Assembly (NCBI GenBank): GCA_040386535.1
Contig: JAZKFH010000027.1
Coordinates: 243,685-307,684 of the forward strand
DNA: 64,000 nucleotides
Direction of reading: 5' to 3'
Source of the DNA: Myxococcota bacterium
GTDB lineage: Bacteria > Myxococcota_A > UBA796 > SXON01
Shown here: positions 44,475-56,239 of the stretch, piece by piece
Numbering within the stretch: the stretch's first letter is position 1
Layout of the letters: every line of letters begins with the position of its first letter
Program-made: the position numbers and the translations under genes
Notes under the pieces: model-generated
Databases searched by the model: none
Seen by the model: the letters and a program-made list of their open reading frames with translations, nothing else
Told to the model about the DNA's origin: nothing

Positions 44475-44522
44475 CGGGGGCGTTGCGGGGTCGGAGAGAC
44501 CCCGCCCCAAAAACCCCCGAAC
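44475..44522. repeat. Structured intergenic hairpin element, copy 1
   Basis: Stem GCGGGGTC/GACCCCGC inside an outer CGGGGG/CCCCCG pairing; related to 50190-50231 in the opposite orientation. Confidence 0.7.
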
Positions 44523-44858
44523 CTACCCCGGCAACAACGCGCTCACCTTGGCGGCGCAGATGAAGTCGTTGTCGGTGAGCCCACCCACGGCGTGGGTGTT
44601 CCAGCGCACGACACACTTCCCCCAGTGCACGGACAGGTCGGGGTGGTGGTCCTCGGCGTGCGCGATCCAGGCCACCGCGTTCACGAACGCCATCGTCTCG
44701 TAGTAGTTCTTGAAGCTGAACGTGCGCTCGATCGCCTTGCCGTCGTCGACCAGGGCCCAGCCGGGCACCTCAGCGAGGAGCTGGCGGATGCCATCGGGGG
44801 AGAGGCGGGGGATGCCGCCTTCACAGGCGACACAACGGCGGGCGGTCAGGTCAGACAT
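44523..44858 (-). CDS. phhB: Pterin-4-alpha-carbinolamine dehydratase
   Basis: EDHHPDL..W.THAVGGLTDNDFICAAK signature. Confidence 0.93.
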   Translation of the reverse strand: MSDLTARRCVACEGGIPRLSPDGIRQLLAEVPGWALVDDGKAIERTFSFKNYYETMAFVNAVAWIAHAEDHHPDLSVHWGKCVVRWNTHAVGGLTDNDFICAAKVSALLPG

Positions 44859-44882
44859 GGGAGATCTCCGGTTCCCCGGGAT

Positions 44883-45695
44883 CTAACCGCGGAGCGTGAG
44901 GATCCGGTCGACCAGCTGCGCGAACCCGTGCCCGCCCGCGCCGGCCGTGCGGAACCGCGGCCACACCGGGATGCGCGGCAGGAACGCGTCGACGTTCGCG
45001 ACGCCCACCGAGAGCGGAAAGTGGGCGAACATCGGGGCGTCGTTCGCCGAGTCGCCGATATAGGCCCAGGCCTCGGGCGCCGCGGTCACGCCGAGATCGG
45101 CCGCGAGCCGCTGAAAGCCGATGAGCTTGTCGAACGCGCCAAACCAGCCGTTCACGTGGATGCTCGACACCTTGGAGGTGGCGCCGAAGCGCTCGAACAC
45201 CGCGACGATGCGATCGATCGCGTCGTCACCGAGCGGAGGCACGTCCTCGCAGAAGTCGACGGCCAGGTCGAGCTCGCGGTAGGGCTGGTCGCTCGCGATG
45301 GCGCAGCCGGGCACCTCGCGGAGCACCGCTTCCCGGACCGCGGCGAGCCGCGCCTGGTTCGCCAGCCGCTCGGCCTCGGGCTGCAGGAAGCGCCGGTGAA
45401 GCTTCACCACGCCGTCGGCGCCCGGGCCCATGTAGAACCAGAGCCCGCCGTTCTCGCCGACCACGCCGTCCACCGGCCACATCCGCGCGAGGTGGTCGAC
45501 CCAGCCCGCGGGGCGCCCGGTGACCGGCACCATCACGAGCCCAGCGGCTTTCGCGCGGTCCATCGCGGCGAACGCGGCCGGGACGATCCGGCCGTGCAGG
45601 GTCACGGTGTCGTCGATGTCGAAGAGGACCCCGACGAGGGGCGCCACGTCCGCGGCGCCGAGCTCGGCGAGGGGGCAGAGCCGGTCGGTGCTCAC
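44883..45695 (-). CDS. HAD-IIB family hydrolase
   Basis: FDIDDT, VTGRPAGW, GENGG, SSIHVNGWFG..DK, GDSAND; GTG start 45695. Confidence 0.9.
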   Translation of the reverse strand: MSTDRLCPLAELGAADVAPLVGVLFDIDDTVTLHGRIVPAAFAAMDRAKAAGLVMVPVTGRPAGWVDHLARMWPVDGVVGENGGLWFYMGPGADGVVKLHRRFLQPEAERLANQARLAAVREAVLREVPGCAIASDQPYRELDLAVDFCEDVPPLGDDAIDRIVAVFERFGATSKVSSIHVNGWFGAFDKLIGFQRLAADLGVTAAPEAWAYIGDSANDAPMFAHFPLSVGVANVDAFLPRIPVWPRFRTAGAGGHGFAQLVDRILTLRG

Positions 45696-45715
45696 AGCGC
45701 TCTCCGCCAAGCCGC

Positions 45716-46722
45716 CTACTCGACCTTCCAGGTGTCGCCGGAGAACAGCAGCTTCTTGAGGCTGACGTCGGGCGCGGCGGCCTTGGCCTGCTCGATCTGC
45801 TCGTTGAACTGCGCGTCGTAGGTGGGGCGCGAGTGGCGGTGCAGGACGCCCATGGGCACCGGGAACTCGGGGTAGTCCATCCGCGCGAGCACGGCGGCGA
45901 GGTACGGGTCGGTCTCGTCGTGCACGAGGCAGTCGTCGGCGGTGAGACCGTCTCCCAGCTCGATGATCGTGGGCCGCAGGCCGTTCAGCTTGATGCCCTT
46001 CTTGCCGCCGGCGAACACCATCGGGGCGCCGTGCGTGAGGAACAGGCAGCGCTCTTCGCGCACCGGCTTCTCGATCAGCGAGTCCCACGCGCCATCGTTG
46101 AAGATGTTGCAGTTCTGGTAGATCTCGACGAAGGCGGCGCCCTTGTGCTCGTGCGCGGCGCGCATGACCTCGCGCTGCTCCTTCGTGAAGATGTCGACCG
46201 AGCGGGCGATGAAGGTGGCCTCGCAGCCGAGCGCGAAGGCCAGCGGCATGAAGGGGTGGTCCAGGCTCCCCATCGGGGTGGACTTGGTCTTCTTGCCCGG
46301 CTCCGACGTGGGGCTGTATTGCCCCTTGGTGAGCCCGTAGATGCGGTTGTTGAACAGGAGCACCTGCACGTCGACGTTGCGACGGAGCAGGTGGGCCGTG
46401 TGGTTCCCGCCGATCGACAGCGCGTCGCCATCGCCGGTGGCGATCCACACCGAGAGCTCGGGGCGGCTGGCCTTGATGCCGGTCGCGAACGCGGGCGCGC
46501 GGCCGTGGATCGTGTGGAAGCCGTAGGCGTTGACGTAGTACGGAAAGCGGCTGGAGCAGCCGATCCCGCTGATCATCACGAAGTTCTCCCGGGGGATCCC
46601 GAGCTCCGCGAACACCGTCTGCGCTTGCGACAGGATCGCGTAGTCACCACATCCCGGGCACCACCGGATGATCTGGTCGGACATGAAGTCCTTCTTCGTC
46701 AACTTGACAGGAGGGAGCTCGC

Positions 46723-46726
<4 letters not shown>
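45716..46726 (-). CDS. korB: 2-oxoacid:ferredoxin oxidoreductase beta subunit
   Basis: WCPGCGD, SGIGCSSR, HGRA, GDGDALSIGGNH..NN TPP motif; substrate not determinable from sequence. Confidence 0.93.
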
Positions 46727-48549
<1,823 letters not shown>

Positions 48550-48665
48550 GCGCTCACAACCTCCGGGCGGCCGATAGGGCGCCCCGTGGGGGCCACCGTT
48601 TATCACCGGCGCACGAGGTCTGAAAGCGCCGCGGTGCGCGATGCGGCGAATGTGTATGATTGCCG

Positions 48666-49106
48666 GTGGTGGGTCCTGATCTCCGCGTGTGTGTGCTGGG
48701 TGCCGTCGCCGACCCGGAGGCGGCGCGGCTCGGACGTCTGCTCGACGTGCCGACGCTCTCGTCCGTGCGCGCGCTTCTCGGCCGCCGCCCGCGGGTCGTG
48801 CTCGTGCGGGGGCCCCTCGAGGCCATGGGGCGCCCGGCGCTCGGCGCGACCCTCGCGGGGGTGGCCGCGGTCGTGTACCTCCCGGTCGGCCCGCCCGCGC
48901 CGCTGCCGTGGTGGGGGCGTCGCTTCCACCGGCTCCTGTTCGCCTCACAGGAGGAGGCGCGCGCGTGGAACGCCGCGGGTGTGGCCCTCGGGCGGCTCGT
49001 CGTCGTGGAGCCCAGCGGTGACGCGCTCGAGCGCCGCGCCCTGGCCGCGATGATCGAGGAGGTCGCGTCGATGGCGGGGCGCCGGGCGATGGCGGGCGCC
49101 CGGTGA
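48666..49106 (+). CDS. Hypothetical protein
   Basis: Open frame with protein-like composition upstream of the methyltransferase; TATGAT 5 nt before GTG 48666. Confidence 0.55.
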   Translation: MVGPDLRVCVLGAVADPEAARLGRLLDVPTLSSVRALLGRRPRVVLVRGPLEAMGRPALGATLAGVAAVVYLPVGPPAPLPWWGRRFHRLLFASQEEARAWNAAGVALGRLVVVEPSGDALERRALAAMIEEVASMAGRRAMAGAR

Positions 49107-49145
49107 TGGCGGGGCGGGCGGCGGCCCGTTAGCGCTTCGCGCACC

Positions 49146-50186
49146 ATGAAACTGCGCCTTCTCGACTGGCTCGCCTGCCCCACCTGCGGCGAGGGCAGCC
49201 TCGACCTCTCCGTCGCCCGCTCCGAAGAGCGCCCGGCCTACGCGGGCCACTGGGAGCCCGAAGAGAACGTGCCCGGGCGCAGCGCCGGCACGGTCACCGA
49301 GGTCATGGAGGGTCGGCTGCGTTGTCGCGACTGCGCCGCCGTTTTCCCCGTGACGGACGGCATCCCGCGCATGTTGCCCGAGGGCGTGCCCGCCGGCCCC
49401 GCGACCGGCCACACGTGGACCGAGTTCGCCGAGGCGGTGCCCCAGTTCGAGGAGAACTTCGTCGACCTGCTCACGCCGCTCAAGGCGGAAGACCTGATGG
49501 GCCGCCTCGTGCTCGACGCGGGCTGCGGCTTCGGCCGGCACGCGTTCTTCGCGGCCCGCTACGGCGCCGAGGTCGTGGCGCTCGACTCCAGCTCCGAAGC
49601 GGTGGCTTCAGCCGCGCGCAACCTCGGGGGCAGCATGCGTGCCCACGTGGTCCAGGGCGACATCAACCGCCCGCCGTTCAAGAAAAACCTGTTCGACATC
49701 GTGTACTCGCTCGGCGTGCTCCACCACGTGCCCGACCCGCGCGGCGGCTTCTTGTCGCTGCACCAGCTCGTCAAGCCCAACGGGCGCCTCGCCATCTGGG
49801 TCTACGGGCCGCGCCAGGGCATGATCCGCATCGCGACCGGCGCGTTGCGCGGCGCCAGCGCGCAGATGAGTCCCAACCAGCTCCACCGCTTCAGCCAGGG
49901 CCTCGCCGCCGGCCTCCGCGTCTTCTCGCACACGCCGCACCGCATGCTCGGCAAGGTGCCCGTGGTCGGCAGCGTGGTGAACCACCTGCCCGTGCACGAC
50001 CACTCGCGCTGGCCGTTCGAGGTGGTGGTGGCCGATGTCTACGATCGGCTCCGCGTGCCGGTCACCGGGTACTTCACCGGCGAGGCGCTCGAGAGCTGGT
50101 ACGCGGAGGCCGGCTACGCCGACATCCAGGTGACCCGGCGGGTACGCAACACCGAGAGCTTCCGTGGGCTCGGCGTTCGCAGGTAG
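49146..50186 (+). CDS. Trm112-like domain fused to class I SAM methyltransferase
   Basis: LLDWLACPTC...EGRLRCRDC...FPVTDGIPRML N-domain; VLDAGCGFG, LGVLHH.PDP. Confidence 0.88.
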   Translation: MKLRLLDWLACPTCGEGSLDLSVARSEERPAYAGHWEPEENVPGRSAGTVTEVMEGRLRCRDCAAVFPVTDGIPRMLPEGVPAGPATGHTWTEFAEAVPQFEENFVDLLTPLKAEDLMGRLVLDAGCGFGRHAFFAARYGAEVVALDSSSEAVASAARNLGGSMRAHVVQGDINRPPFKKNLFDIVYSLGVLHHVPDPRGGFLSLHQLVKPNGRLAIWVYGPRQGMIRIATGALRGASAQMSPNQLHRFSQGLAAGLRVFSHTPHRMLGKVPVVGSVVNHLPVHDHSRWPFEVVVADVYDRLRVPVTGYFTGEALESWYAEAGYADIQVTRRVRNTESFRGLGVRR

Positions 50187-50189
50187 ATT

Positions 50190-50231
50190 TTCGGTTTCTT
50201 GGGACGGGGGCCCGCCCCCGTAACGCCCCGG
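50190..50231. repeat. Structured intergenic hairpin element, copy 2
   Basis: TTGGG-ACGGGGGC/GCCCCCGT-AACGCCCC; matches the reverse complement of 44475-44522. Confidence 0.7.
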
Positions 50232-50236
50232 AACCC

Positions 50237-50731
50237 CTACCTTGGGCGTCCCCGCCGTCTCCTCGGCAGCCCCAAGTGGGCCCGCATCGCGTCGGAGCCG
50301 AGCCGTCGGGCGCTCGCGTTCACCCCGTCGCGCGGCAGCCCGGCGGCGAGCAGCGCGTCCACGGCGCCGGGGACCTCGTGCAGAAGTGCCGTCGCGAGAG
50401 CATCGTGCATGGCGTCCTCGCTCGGCTTGGTCGCGAGCAGGAGGGCGAGGAGCGCGGGCGCCTCCACCGCGAACTGGAGGGCGGCGCCGGTCACCTCTAC
50501 GCCGAGCGCGAGGAGGATCCGCACGCTGCCGGGTTGTCCGGCGTGAACGGCCTCCTCCAACGCGAGCGTGCGCAGGTCCGCATCGGCCTCCGGCGCCAGA
50601 GCGCGGATGGCGTCGAGGTCGCCGGCCCGTGCCGCCACGACGAGCGGATGGCGGGCCTGTTCGCGCAAGCCGTCCAGGACCGCGGCCAGCTCGGCCGGCG
50701 TCCCCATGCTGCTGCCGCTGGCCTCCGCCAT
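50237..50731 (-). CDS. Ankyrin-repeat-like hypothetical protein
   Basis: PLVVAARAGDLDAIRAL, ALEEAVHAGQPGSVRILLALG, AVDALLAAG; TGATG coupling to the upstream barrel gene. Confidence 0.65.
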   Translation of the reverse strand: MAEASGSSMGTPAELAAVLDGLREQARHPLVVAARAGDLDAIRALAPEADADLRTLALEEAVHAGQPGSVRILLALGVEVTGAALQFAVEAPALLALLLATKPSEDAMHDALATALLHEVPGAVDALLAAGLPRDGVNASARRLGSDAMRAHLGLPRRRRGRPR

Positions 50732-52209
50732 CAGAACCGGGCGCGTACCATCAGGTTCACGCCGATCTGGTTGCGCCAGGTGTCGGGCGCCGGGACGTAG
50801 GTGCCCGCGCCGCCCTCTTCGCTGCTCACGAAGTCGGAGACGTTGTTGTCGACGGTGTAGAGCACCTCGCCCACGGCGACCATCGACTTGCTGATGTCCC
50901 ACTGCACGCCGGCCACGCCCGAGAGCAGCGCGGAGGGGGCCTGCCCGCTCGGCACGTGGGAGCGGTCGGTCTCGTCGCGCACGACGAAGTAGCCGTTCTC
51001 CGCGTCGCCGTAGGTGGCGGGCTGCATCAGGCCGATGCCGAGCTGCGGGGTGAGGCGCGGCACGGGGAAGAAGTGGGAGGCGCGGAGGCGCCCGTACACC
51101 TGGGGCGTCACGTCGTAGCCGCCCGGCATCGAGTACCCGCTGGTGAGGCCCGGCACGTCGAACAGGACGTAGGTGAGGTCCTTGTAGACGAAGTCCGCGC
51201 CGATCTCGGTGGTGCCGAAGCCGAGGACCGCCTGCACGTCACCCGCGAAGGCGGTCTCGACGATCGAGTCACCCGGGTTGTCGAAGTCGAGCAGGTTGTG
51301 GGCCAGGTAGTTGCCCTCCGCCTGCACGAGCAGCCCGACGCCCGCGGTCTCGCGATGCGAGATGTAGCTGTCCTTCACGAACTCGGGCGCGTTGCGGTAC
51401 AGCTTGAGCTCGTTCGACGTGACCCAGTCCATCTCCTCGGTCGTCCGGAAGCCGATCTGCGCGCTCGCCCCGATCGCGTTGATGGGCGCGGCGTAGAGCG
51501 GGCTGGTCACGTCCTTGATGTTGACGAGCTGGCCCTGCTGAAAGGAGCCCGCGCCCGCCTCGATGCGCAGATGGTTGGCGATGACCGTGCCGCCGCCCAC
51601 GAGGCCGCCCCAGTAGGCCTCTTCGAGCGGCAGGCTCGTGACCGGATCGGTGTAGTCGCCCACCGCGGTCTTCGCGCCGGCGAACGCGTAGGACGGACCC
51701 TTCTGCCACTGGAGGCGCACGCCCGGCGCGACGCTCGGATCGAACGCGAAGATGTCGCGCCCGCCCCAGGTCAGGTCGTAGCTGTAGCCGAGGCGGAACC
51801 GGTTCGCGTCGACCGCGTAGCCGGTGAAGGAGACCACGTGATCGTCCTGCCCGCCGATCTTGTAGCCGACGCGGACGTAGCTGCCGTCGTCCTGGATCCG
51901 GACGCCCGGACTGGAGTCGTTCGGGTTCACGTACGGGGCGAAGCGGAGCACCATCGCGGCTTCGGTGAAGATGTTCTTCGCGAAGCCCTCGTCGCGCCGG
52001 TACAGCACCAGGAACGACTGGCTCACGTCGTCCGTGAAGCGTGTCTCGTAGTTCTCGAAGAACGTGCTCGTGCCACGCGTGACGAAGTTCAGCTTGGGGC
52101 TGTTCGCCTCGGGGCCGGCGCGCAGGTTGTCGTCCTGCAGGGCCGTCGTGACCCACACGTCCATGAAGTCGCCGGCAGAGGCGGGCGCGAAGAGCAGTGC
52201 GAGCAACAT
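50731..52209 (-). CDS. Putative outer-membrane beta-barrel protein, unknown function
   Basis: Signal peptide MLLALLFAPASA; alternating amphipathic beta segments; C-terminal IGVNLMVRARF ending in Phe. Confidence 0.75.
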   Translation of the reverse strand: MLLALLFAPASAGDFMDVWVTTALQDDNLRAGPEANSPKLNFVTRGTSTFFENYETRFTDDVSQSFLVLYRRDEGFAKNIFTEAAMVLRFAPYVNPNDSSPGVRIQDDGSYVRVGYKIGGQDDHVVSFTGYAVDANRFRLGYSYDLTWGGRDIFAFDPSVAPGVRLQWQKGPSYAFAGAKTAVGDYTDPVTSLPLEEAYWGGLVGGGTVIANHLRIEAGAGSFQQGQLVNIKDVTSPLYAAPINAIGASAQIGFRTTEEMDWVTSNELKLYRNAPEFVKDSYISHRETAGVGLLVQAEGNYLAHNLLDFDNPGDSIVETAFAGDVQAVLGFGTTEIGADFVYKDLTYVLFDVPGLTSGYSMPGGYDVTPQVYGRLRASHFFPVPRLTPQLGIGLMQPATYGDAENGYFVVRDETDRSHVPSGQAPSALLSGVAGVQWDISKSMVAVGEVLYTVDNNVSDFVSSEEGGAGTYVPAPDTWRNQIGVNLMVRARF

Positions 52210-53339
52210 CAAATGCCTCTCTGGGGGGGGCCGGCGGGGGGCGCCTCGATGTCCTCGGCGTCTACGACGACGAGGACCCACATTCCGAAGATCTGCTTGA
52301 CCATGCCCTCGACGCGCGGGATGACCTGGCCGGCCCGCGCGGAGGGATCGAAGTCGGGCGCGGTGGTGCCGGACTCGACGGAGACGGTGCAGCTGCCGAA
52401 CGTGAGCGGCCACTGGCCGTACGTGAGGAAGTCCGCGTACTCCTCGCTGCCCTCCACGAACGTGGCGGGGATCTCGCCGTCGGACACGCGCACGCGCGCG
52501 CTCTCGAGGCCCTCCATCTCGTCGTCCGCGCAGCCGGTCAGCTCGAAGGCCTCGGGGACCTCGATGAACGTGCCGTCGGTGGCGAGCGTGGGGAAGGAGA
52601 GCTGGGTCGACGCCAGGTATTCCTGGTTGATCCCGGTGAGTAGCGTGACGCGCGCGCCGACGGAGTAGGCGTCCTCCGGGCGGGAGAACGTGTAGATGAA
52701 CACGCTGTTGTAGGCGCCCGGAGGGTCCGCCACGTCGGTCACCCAGAAGCCCGCGGCCGAGCGCGCGGTCACGACGACCTGGCGGTCGGCGACCCGCACC
52801 GTGGCGAACTCTCCGGCGAGCTGGTTGGTCTCGGGATCGTCGGTCGACTGGAACTCGCCGATGGTGGGCGAGTCGAACCAGATCGCCTCGGTCACGCCGG
52901 CGCCCCAGGAGGCGGCGCGGCCGCTGTCCTCGTCCTTGTCGCCCTCGTCCGTCAGCCAGATCCGCGTCGGGCCGAAGCCGTTGTGGATGGTCACGGAGCC
53001 CGACCACTCGCCGCCGGTGACGCCGATCCAGGGCTCGCTGTCGAGCACGCCGGGCCGCACCTTCGGCTTCAGATCTCCCTCGAAGGGGTAGGGGTCCCCG
53101 TTCACGTCGAGCGTGCGGACGGTGACCGGCACGTCGAACGCGCCGGTGGTGAACGGCAACGGCGCGTCCCGCGTGCCGGCGGAGAACCCGTCGAGGCTCA
53201 CCTCGATGAACGCGGGCTCCACCCGTTCGGCGGGCTGGATCGTGGTGCAGGCGAGGACGCCGGGCAGCGCGAGCAGCGCGGCGGAGGCGGGGCGAAAGCC
53301 CGCGCGCCGGAGGCGGGCGGGATCGTACGGGAGCAACAT
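52209..53339 (-). CDS. Lipoprotein with Ig-like and OB-fold-like regions
   Basis: PGVLAC lipobox; 'PTIGEFQ...QLAGEFATV...VVTA..AAGFWVTD...SVFIY...VGARV..LTG..QEY..STQL' resembles OB-fold modules of secreted nucleases. Confidence 0.72.
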   Translation of the reverse strand: MLLPYDPARLRRAGFRPASAALLALPGVLACTTIQPAERVEPAFIEVSLDGFSAGTRDAPLPFTTGAFDVPVTVRTLDVNGDPYPFEGDLKPKVRPGVLDSEPWIGVTGGEWSGSVTIHNGFGPTRIWLTDEGDKDEDSGRAASWGAGVTEAIWFDSPTIGEFQSTDDPETNQLAGEFATVRVADRQVVVTARSAAGFWVTDVADPPGAYNSVFIYTFSRPEDAYSVGARVTLLTGINQEYLASTQLSFPTLATDGTFIEVPEAFELTGCADDEMEGLESARVRVSDGEIPATFVEGSEEYADFLTYGQWPLTFGSCTVSVESGTTAPDFDPSARAGQVIPRVEGMVKQIFGMWVLVVVDAEDIEAPPAGPPQRGI

Positions 53340-54952
53340 CAGTACACCGGCGTGATGCGACCATCTTCCTCGGCCACACCCGTCTGGGGGAGGCTCTGGT
53401 ACTGGATGATCGCGGCTTGGACGACGTCGCGGATGGAGATGCCGGTGTCGACCTGGGTGGTGTTGCGCTCCAGCACCTCGAACCCCGAGCCGCCGTGGGC
53501 GATGTAGTTGTTGGTGGCGAGCTCGTAGGTGCCCGCCGGATCCAGCGGGACCCCGTTGATCTTGATGTCCTCGGCCACCTGCGCGTCGCAGTTCATGATG
53601 AACTGGATGCCGGCCACCTGGGCCTGGGAGCTGCACCCGCGCTCGGACGAGCGCGCCGTCACGTAGTCGAGCAGCTCCACCACCTCGCGACCCGATAGGA
53701 ACATCGTCGTGATCGTGTTGTCGAACGGCATGGCGTTGTACAAGGTGTCGAGCGTGATGTTACCGGCCGGAACGTCGGCGCGGATGCCCAGGGTGTTGGT
53801 CAGCGCGATCTCGGTCTCGACGCCGGGAAAGGCGCGCATCGCCTCGGCCGCGAAGTTGCCGAGCGCCGAGTCGCCGCCGGTCGAACCGTAGCGGTTCATC
53901 TGCACCTCGGCGTAGCCGATGACCTGATCGAGCGGGTACTCCCACGAGAGCGAGTCCGCGTACTCGTTCAGGATGCCCTCGACTTCAGGGTCCTTCGGCA
54001 CCGTGCCGTCGATCGCGAAGAGCTGGTAGTCGTGCGAGAGGATCTCGCCGTCCTTCACGACGATGTCGAGCCGCCCCACGAACTTGGCGAACGCGCCCGA
54101 GTGGCACACGACCACCTGCTTTCCGGTGGCCTCGTTCTCGACCACCAGGGGCGGATCGAGCGCCACGTGGTGGTGCCCGCCGAGGATCAGATCGATCTCC
54201 GGGTAGTCCCGGGCGATCTCCTTGTCGTCGTCGAGGCCCATGTGCGACAGGCCGATGACGATGTCGGCGCCGGCGGCGCGCAGGTTGGCGGCCTCGTGCG
54301 GGATGGCCTCGCCGATGTCGATGACGCGGATGCCGAGCGAGTTGAGCTGCTCGTCGAGCGAGTTGAGCGAGGAGAGGTTGGCGAGGCCGATGACGCCGAC
54401 CCGCAGCCCGTCGAGCTCGTAGAGGTACGAGGGCAGGACGAGGTCCTCGAGCTGGGTCGCCCAGGGGAGGTCGGCGTCCTGGAAATCGTAGTTCGACGCG
54501 AGGAGCGGAAAGCCGGCGTCGGCGAGGATGCGGTCGGCAAGGTTCTCGGGGCCGACGTCGAACTCGTGGTTCGCCACCACTGCGCCGTCGAGCCCGGCGG
54601 CCGTGAGGGCGCGGAACTCGGCCTCGCCGCGGAACTCGTTGAAGACGATGGCGCCCTGGAACGAGTCGCCGCTGTCGAGGTGGAGCACGCGCCCCGCCTT
54701 GGCCCGCTCTCGCCGCAGGATGTAGGCCATCTCGGCGAGCCCGCCGTACGGCCCGGCCTCGTCGGACAGGCCGAGCGACTCGTCCGTGAAGCTGGGATCG
54801 AACGTGTATTCGAAGTCCCGCCCGTGGATGTCCGAGGTGTGCAGCAGCGTGAGCCGAACCGCCCGGCCGGCGAGATCGGGGGCCTCGCCGTCGAAGGCGA
54901 ACGGCAGACATCCGCAGCAGAGCACGAGTGTGGCGATGAGTCCGCGTCGCAC
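53339..54952 (-). CDS. Bifunctional metallophosphoesterase/5'-nucleotidase lipoprotein
   Basis: LCCGC lipobox; HTSDIHG, DSGDSFQG, ANHEFD, LSHMG, GGHHH; C-domain (GIRADV..G.IT...MPFDN, ATNNYIAHGGSGF). Confidence 0.94.
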   Translation of the reverse strand: MRRGLIATLVLCCGCLPFAFDGEAPDLAGRAVRLTLLHTSDIHGRDFEYTFDPSFTDESLGLSDEAGPYGGLAEMAYILRRERAKAGRVLHLDSGDSFQGAIVFNEFRGEAEFRALTAAGLDGAVVANHEFDVGPENLADRILADAGFPLLASNYDFQDADLPWATQLEDLVLPSYLYELDGLRVGVIGLANLSSLNSLDEQLNSLGIRVIDIGEAIPHEAANLRAAGADIVIGLSHMGLDDDKEIARDYPEIDLILGGHHHVALDPPLVVENEATGKQVVVCHSGAFAKFVGRLDIVVKDGEILSHDYQLFAIDGTVPKDPEVEGILNEYADSLSWEYPLDQVIGYAEVQMNRYGSTGGDSALGNFAAEAMRAFPGVETEIALTNTLGIRADVPAGNITLDTLYNAMPFDNTITTMFLSGREVVELLDYVTARSSERGCSSQAQVAGIQFIMNCDAQVAEDIKINGVPLDPAGTYELATNNYIAHGGSGFEVLERNTTQVDTGISIRDVVQAAIIQYQSLPQTGVAEEDGRITPVY

Positions 54953-55134
54953 CGGCTCTCCGTGGGGCGGGCGGCTCTATACGGAGGAGGTCGGGAAGGC
55001 AAGCCTTCGAAGGCGTCTCAGGAGGCTCAGATCGTGGGAACCGGATCGTCACACTGCGCGTGAATCTCCGCGTGGGGCGCCGAACACCCCGGCGCACGGG
55101 CACGAGGGGGCCTCGCGGGCCGCCGGCGGCGGCC

Positions 55135-55163
55135 TTGACATCCCCCCGGTCCCCGTGTTCTAT
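55135..55163 (+). promoter_or_regulatory. Putative sigma70 promoter for the + strand envelope operon
   Basis: Perfect TTGACA, 17-nt spacer, weak -10 TTCTAT. Confidence 0.45.
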
Positions 55164-55196
55164 GGCCCGCTTTTCAAGCTCTCCGAGGTGCTCGTG

Positions 55197-56225
55197 ATGC
55201 TTCTCCTCGCGCTGACGTTCGGGTCAGGTCCCGCCCACGCGGCTGGGTTCCAGGCCAAGACCATGCGCGCCCCGCTGGCCGCCGTCGAGGTGGAGCGTCC
55301 CCTGATCATCGGTCGCGGGTGGTTCGAGGTCGGTATCGGCATGGACTACAAGCGGGCGGGCGGCTGCTGGCCCTCGCCGGACTCCTGCGTCGCCGAGACC
55401 GGGGCCTGGGGCGCGGACGGCGCGGTCGACCCGTTCGACAACGCCCGGTGGACCTACACCACGCAGCGCCTCGACGTGCGGTATGGCATCAGCCGCCGCG
55501 CCGAGCTCTACTGGAGCGTGCCGTTCCACTACGTGAACCTCCAGAACGACCAGCTGGGCACCGACACGTCCGACTTCGGCCTCGGCGATCCGCGCTTCGG
55601 CTGGAAGCTCGAGTGGGTGCGCAAGGACGCGCCGACCACCTCGGTTGTGACCGACCTGCAGTTCAAGCTGCCCGCCGGCTCCGAGTCGCCCGGCACCTAC
55701 ATCGGCGGGCCGAACACGGTGACGGACTTCATCCTGTCCACCGGCACGATGGACGCCGCGTTGCACCTGCGCGGCAAGCAACAGTTCGGGCCGTTCGCGG
55801 TCACCGGCTCCGTCGGCTACGTGCACCGCTTCTCCGGCGTCACGCAGTTCGCCGTCGAGACCGAGAACCAGTACTTCCTCGGGCGGTTCCGCCCCGGCTC
55901 CGAGACCCAGGTCGCCCTCGAGCCCATGGTGCAGGCCGGCCCGGTCGCCGTGAGCGCCGAGGTGCTCTACCGGCTGCGGCTGAAGTCCGCGACCGGCACC
56001 ACCAGCCCGGGCATCTTCCCCGACGCCTACCTCGTCCCGATCGAAGGGTCGGACGGGTGGTCCCTCGACGTGACGCCCGCCGTCACCGTCGCCGTGACCC
56101 GGGGCGTCGATCTCCGTGTCGCCATGGGCATCCCGCTCCGTGGCGAAGACCTGTTGTTCCCGCTCGAGGAGCTCACGCCGACGCGTGGGTTCACCTACAG
56201 CGGCACCGCCGAATTCCGGTTTTGA
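55197..56225 (+). CDS. Putative outer-membrane beta-barrel ('transporter'/MetA-pathway-like)
   Basis: Signal peptide ..GPAHA; 'VRYGISRRAELYWSVPF...GLGDPRFGWK...FKLPAG...STGT.D' pattern; C-terminal EFRF. Confidence 0.75.
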   Translation: MLLLALTFGSGPAHAAGFQAKTMRAPLAAVEVERPLIIGRGWFEVGIGMDYKRAGGCWPSPDSCVAETGAWGADGAVDPFDNARWTYTTQRLDVRYGISRRAELYWSVPFHYVNLQNDQLGTDTSDFGLGDPRFGWKLEWVRKDAPTTSVVTDLQFKLPAGSESPGTYIGGPNTVTDFILSTGTMDAALHLRGKQQFGPFAVTGSVGYVHRFSGVTQFAVETENQYFLGRFRPGSETQVALEPMVQAGPVAVSAEVLYRLRLKSATGTTSPGIFPDAYLVPIEGSDGWSLDVTPAVTVAVTRGVDLRVAMGIPLRGEDLLFPLEELTPTRGFTYSGTAEFRF

Positions 56226-56239
56226 TGGAGCCCGGTCGT

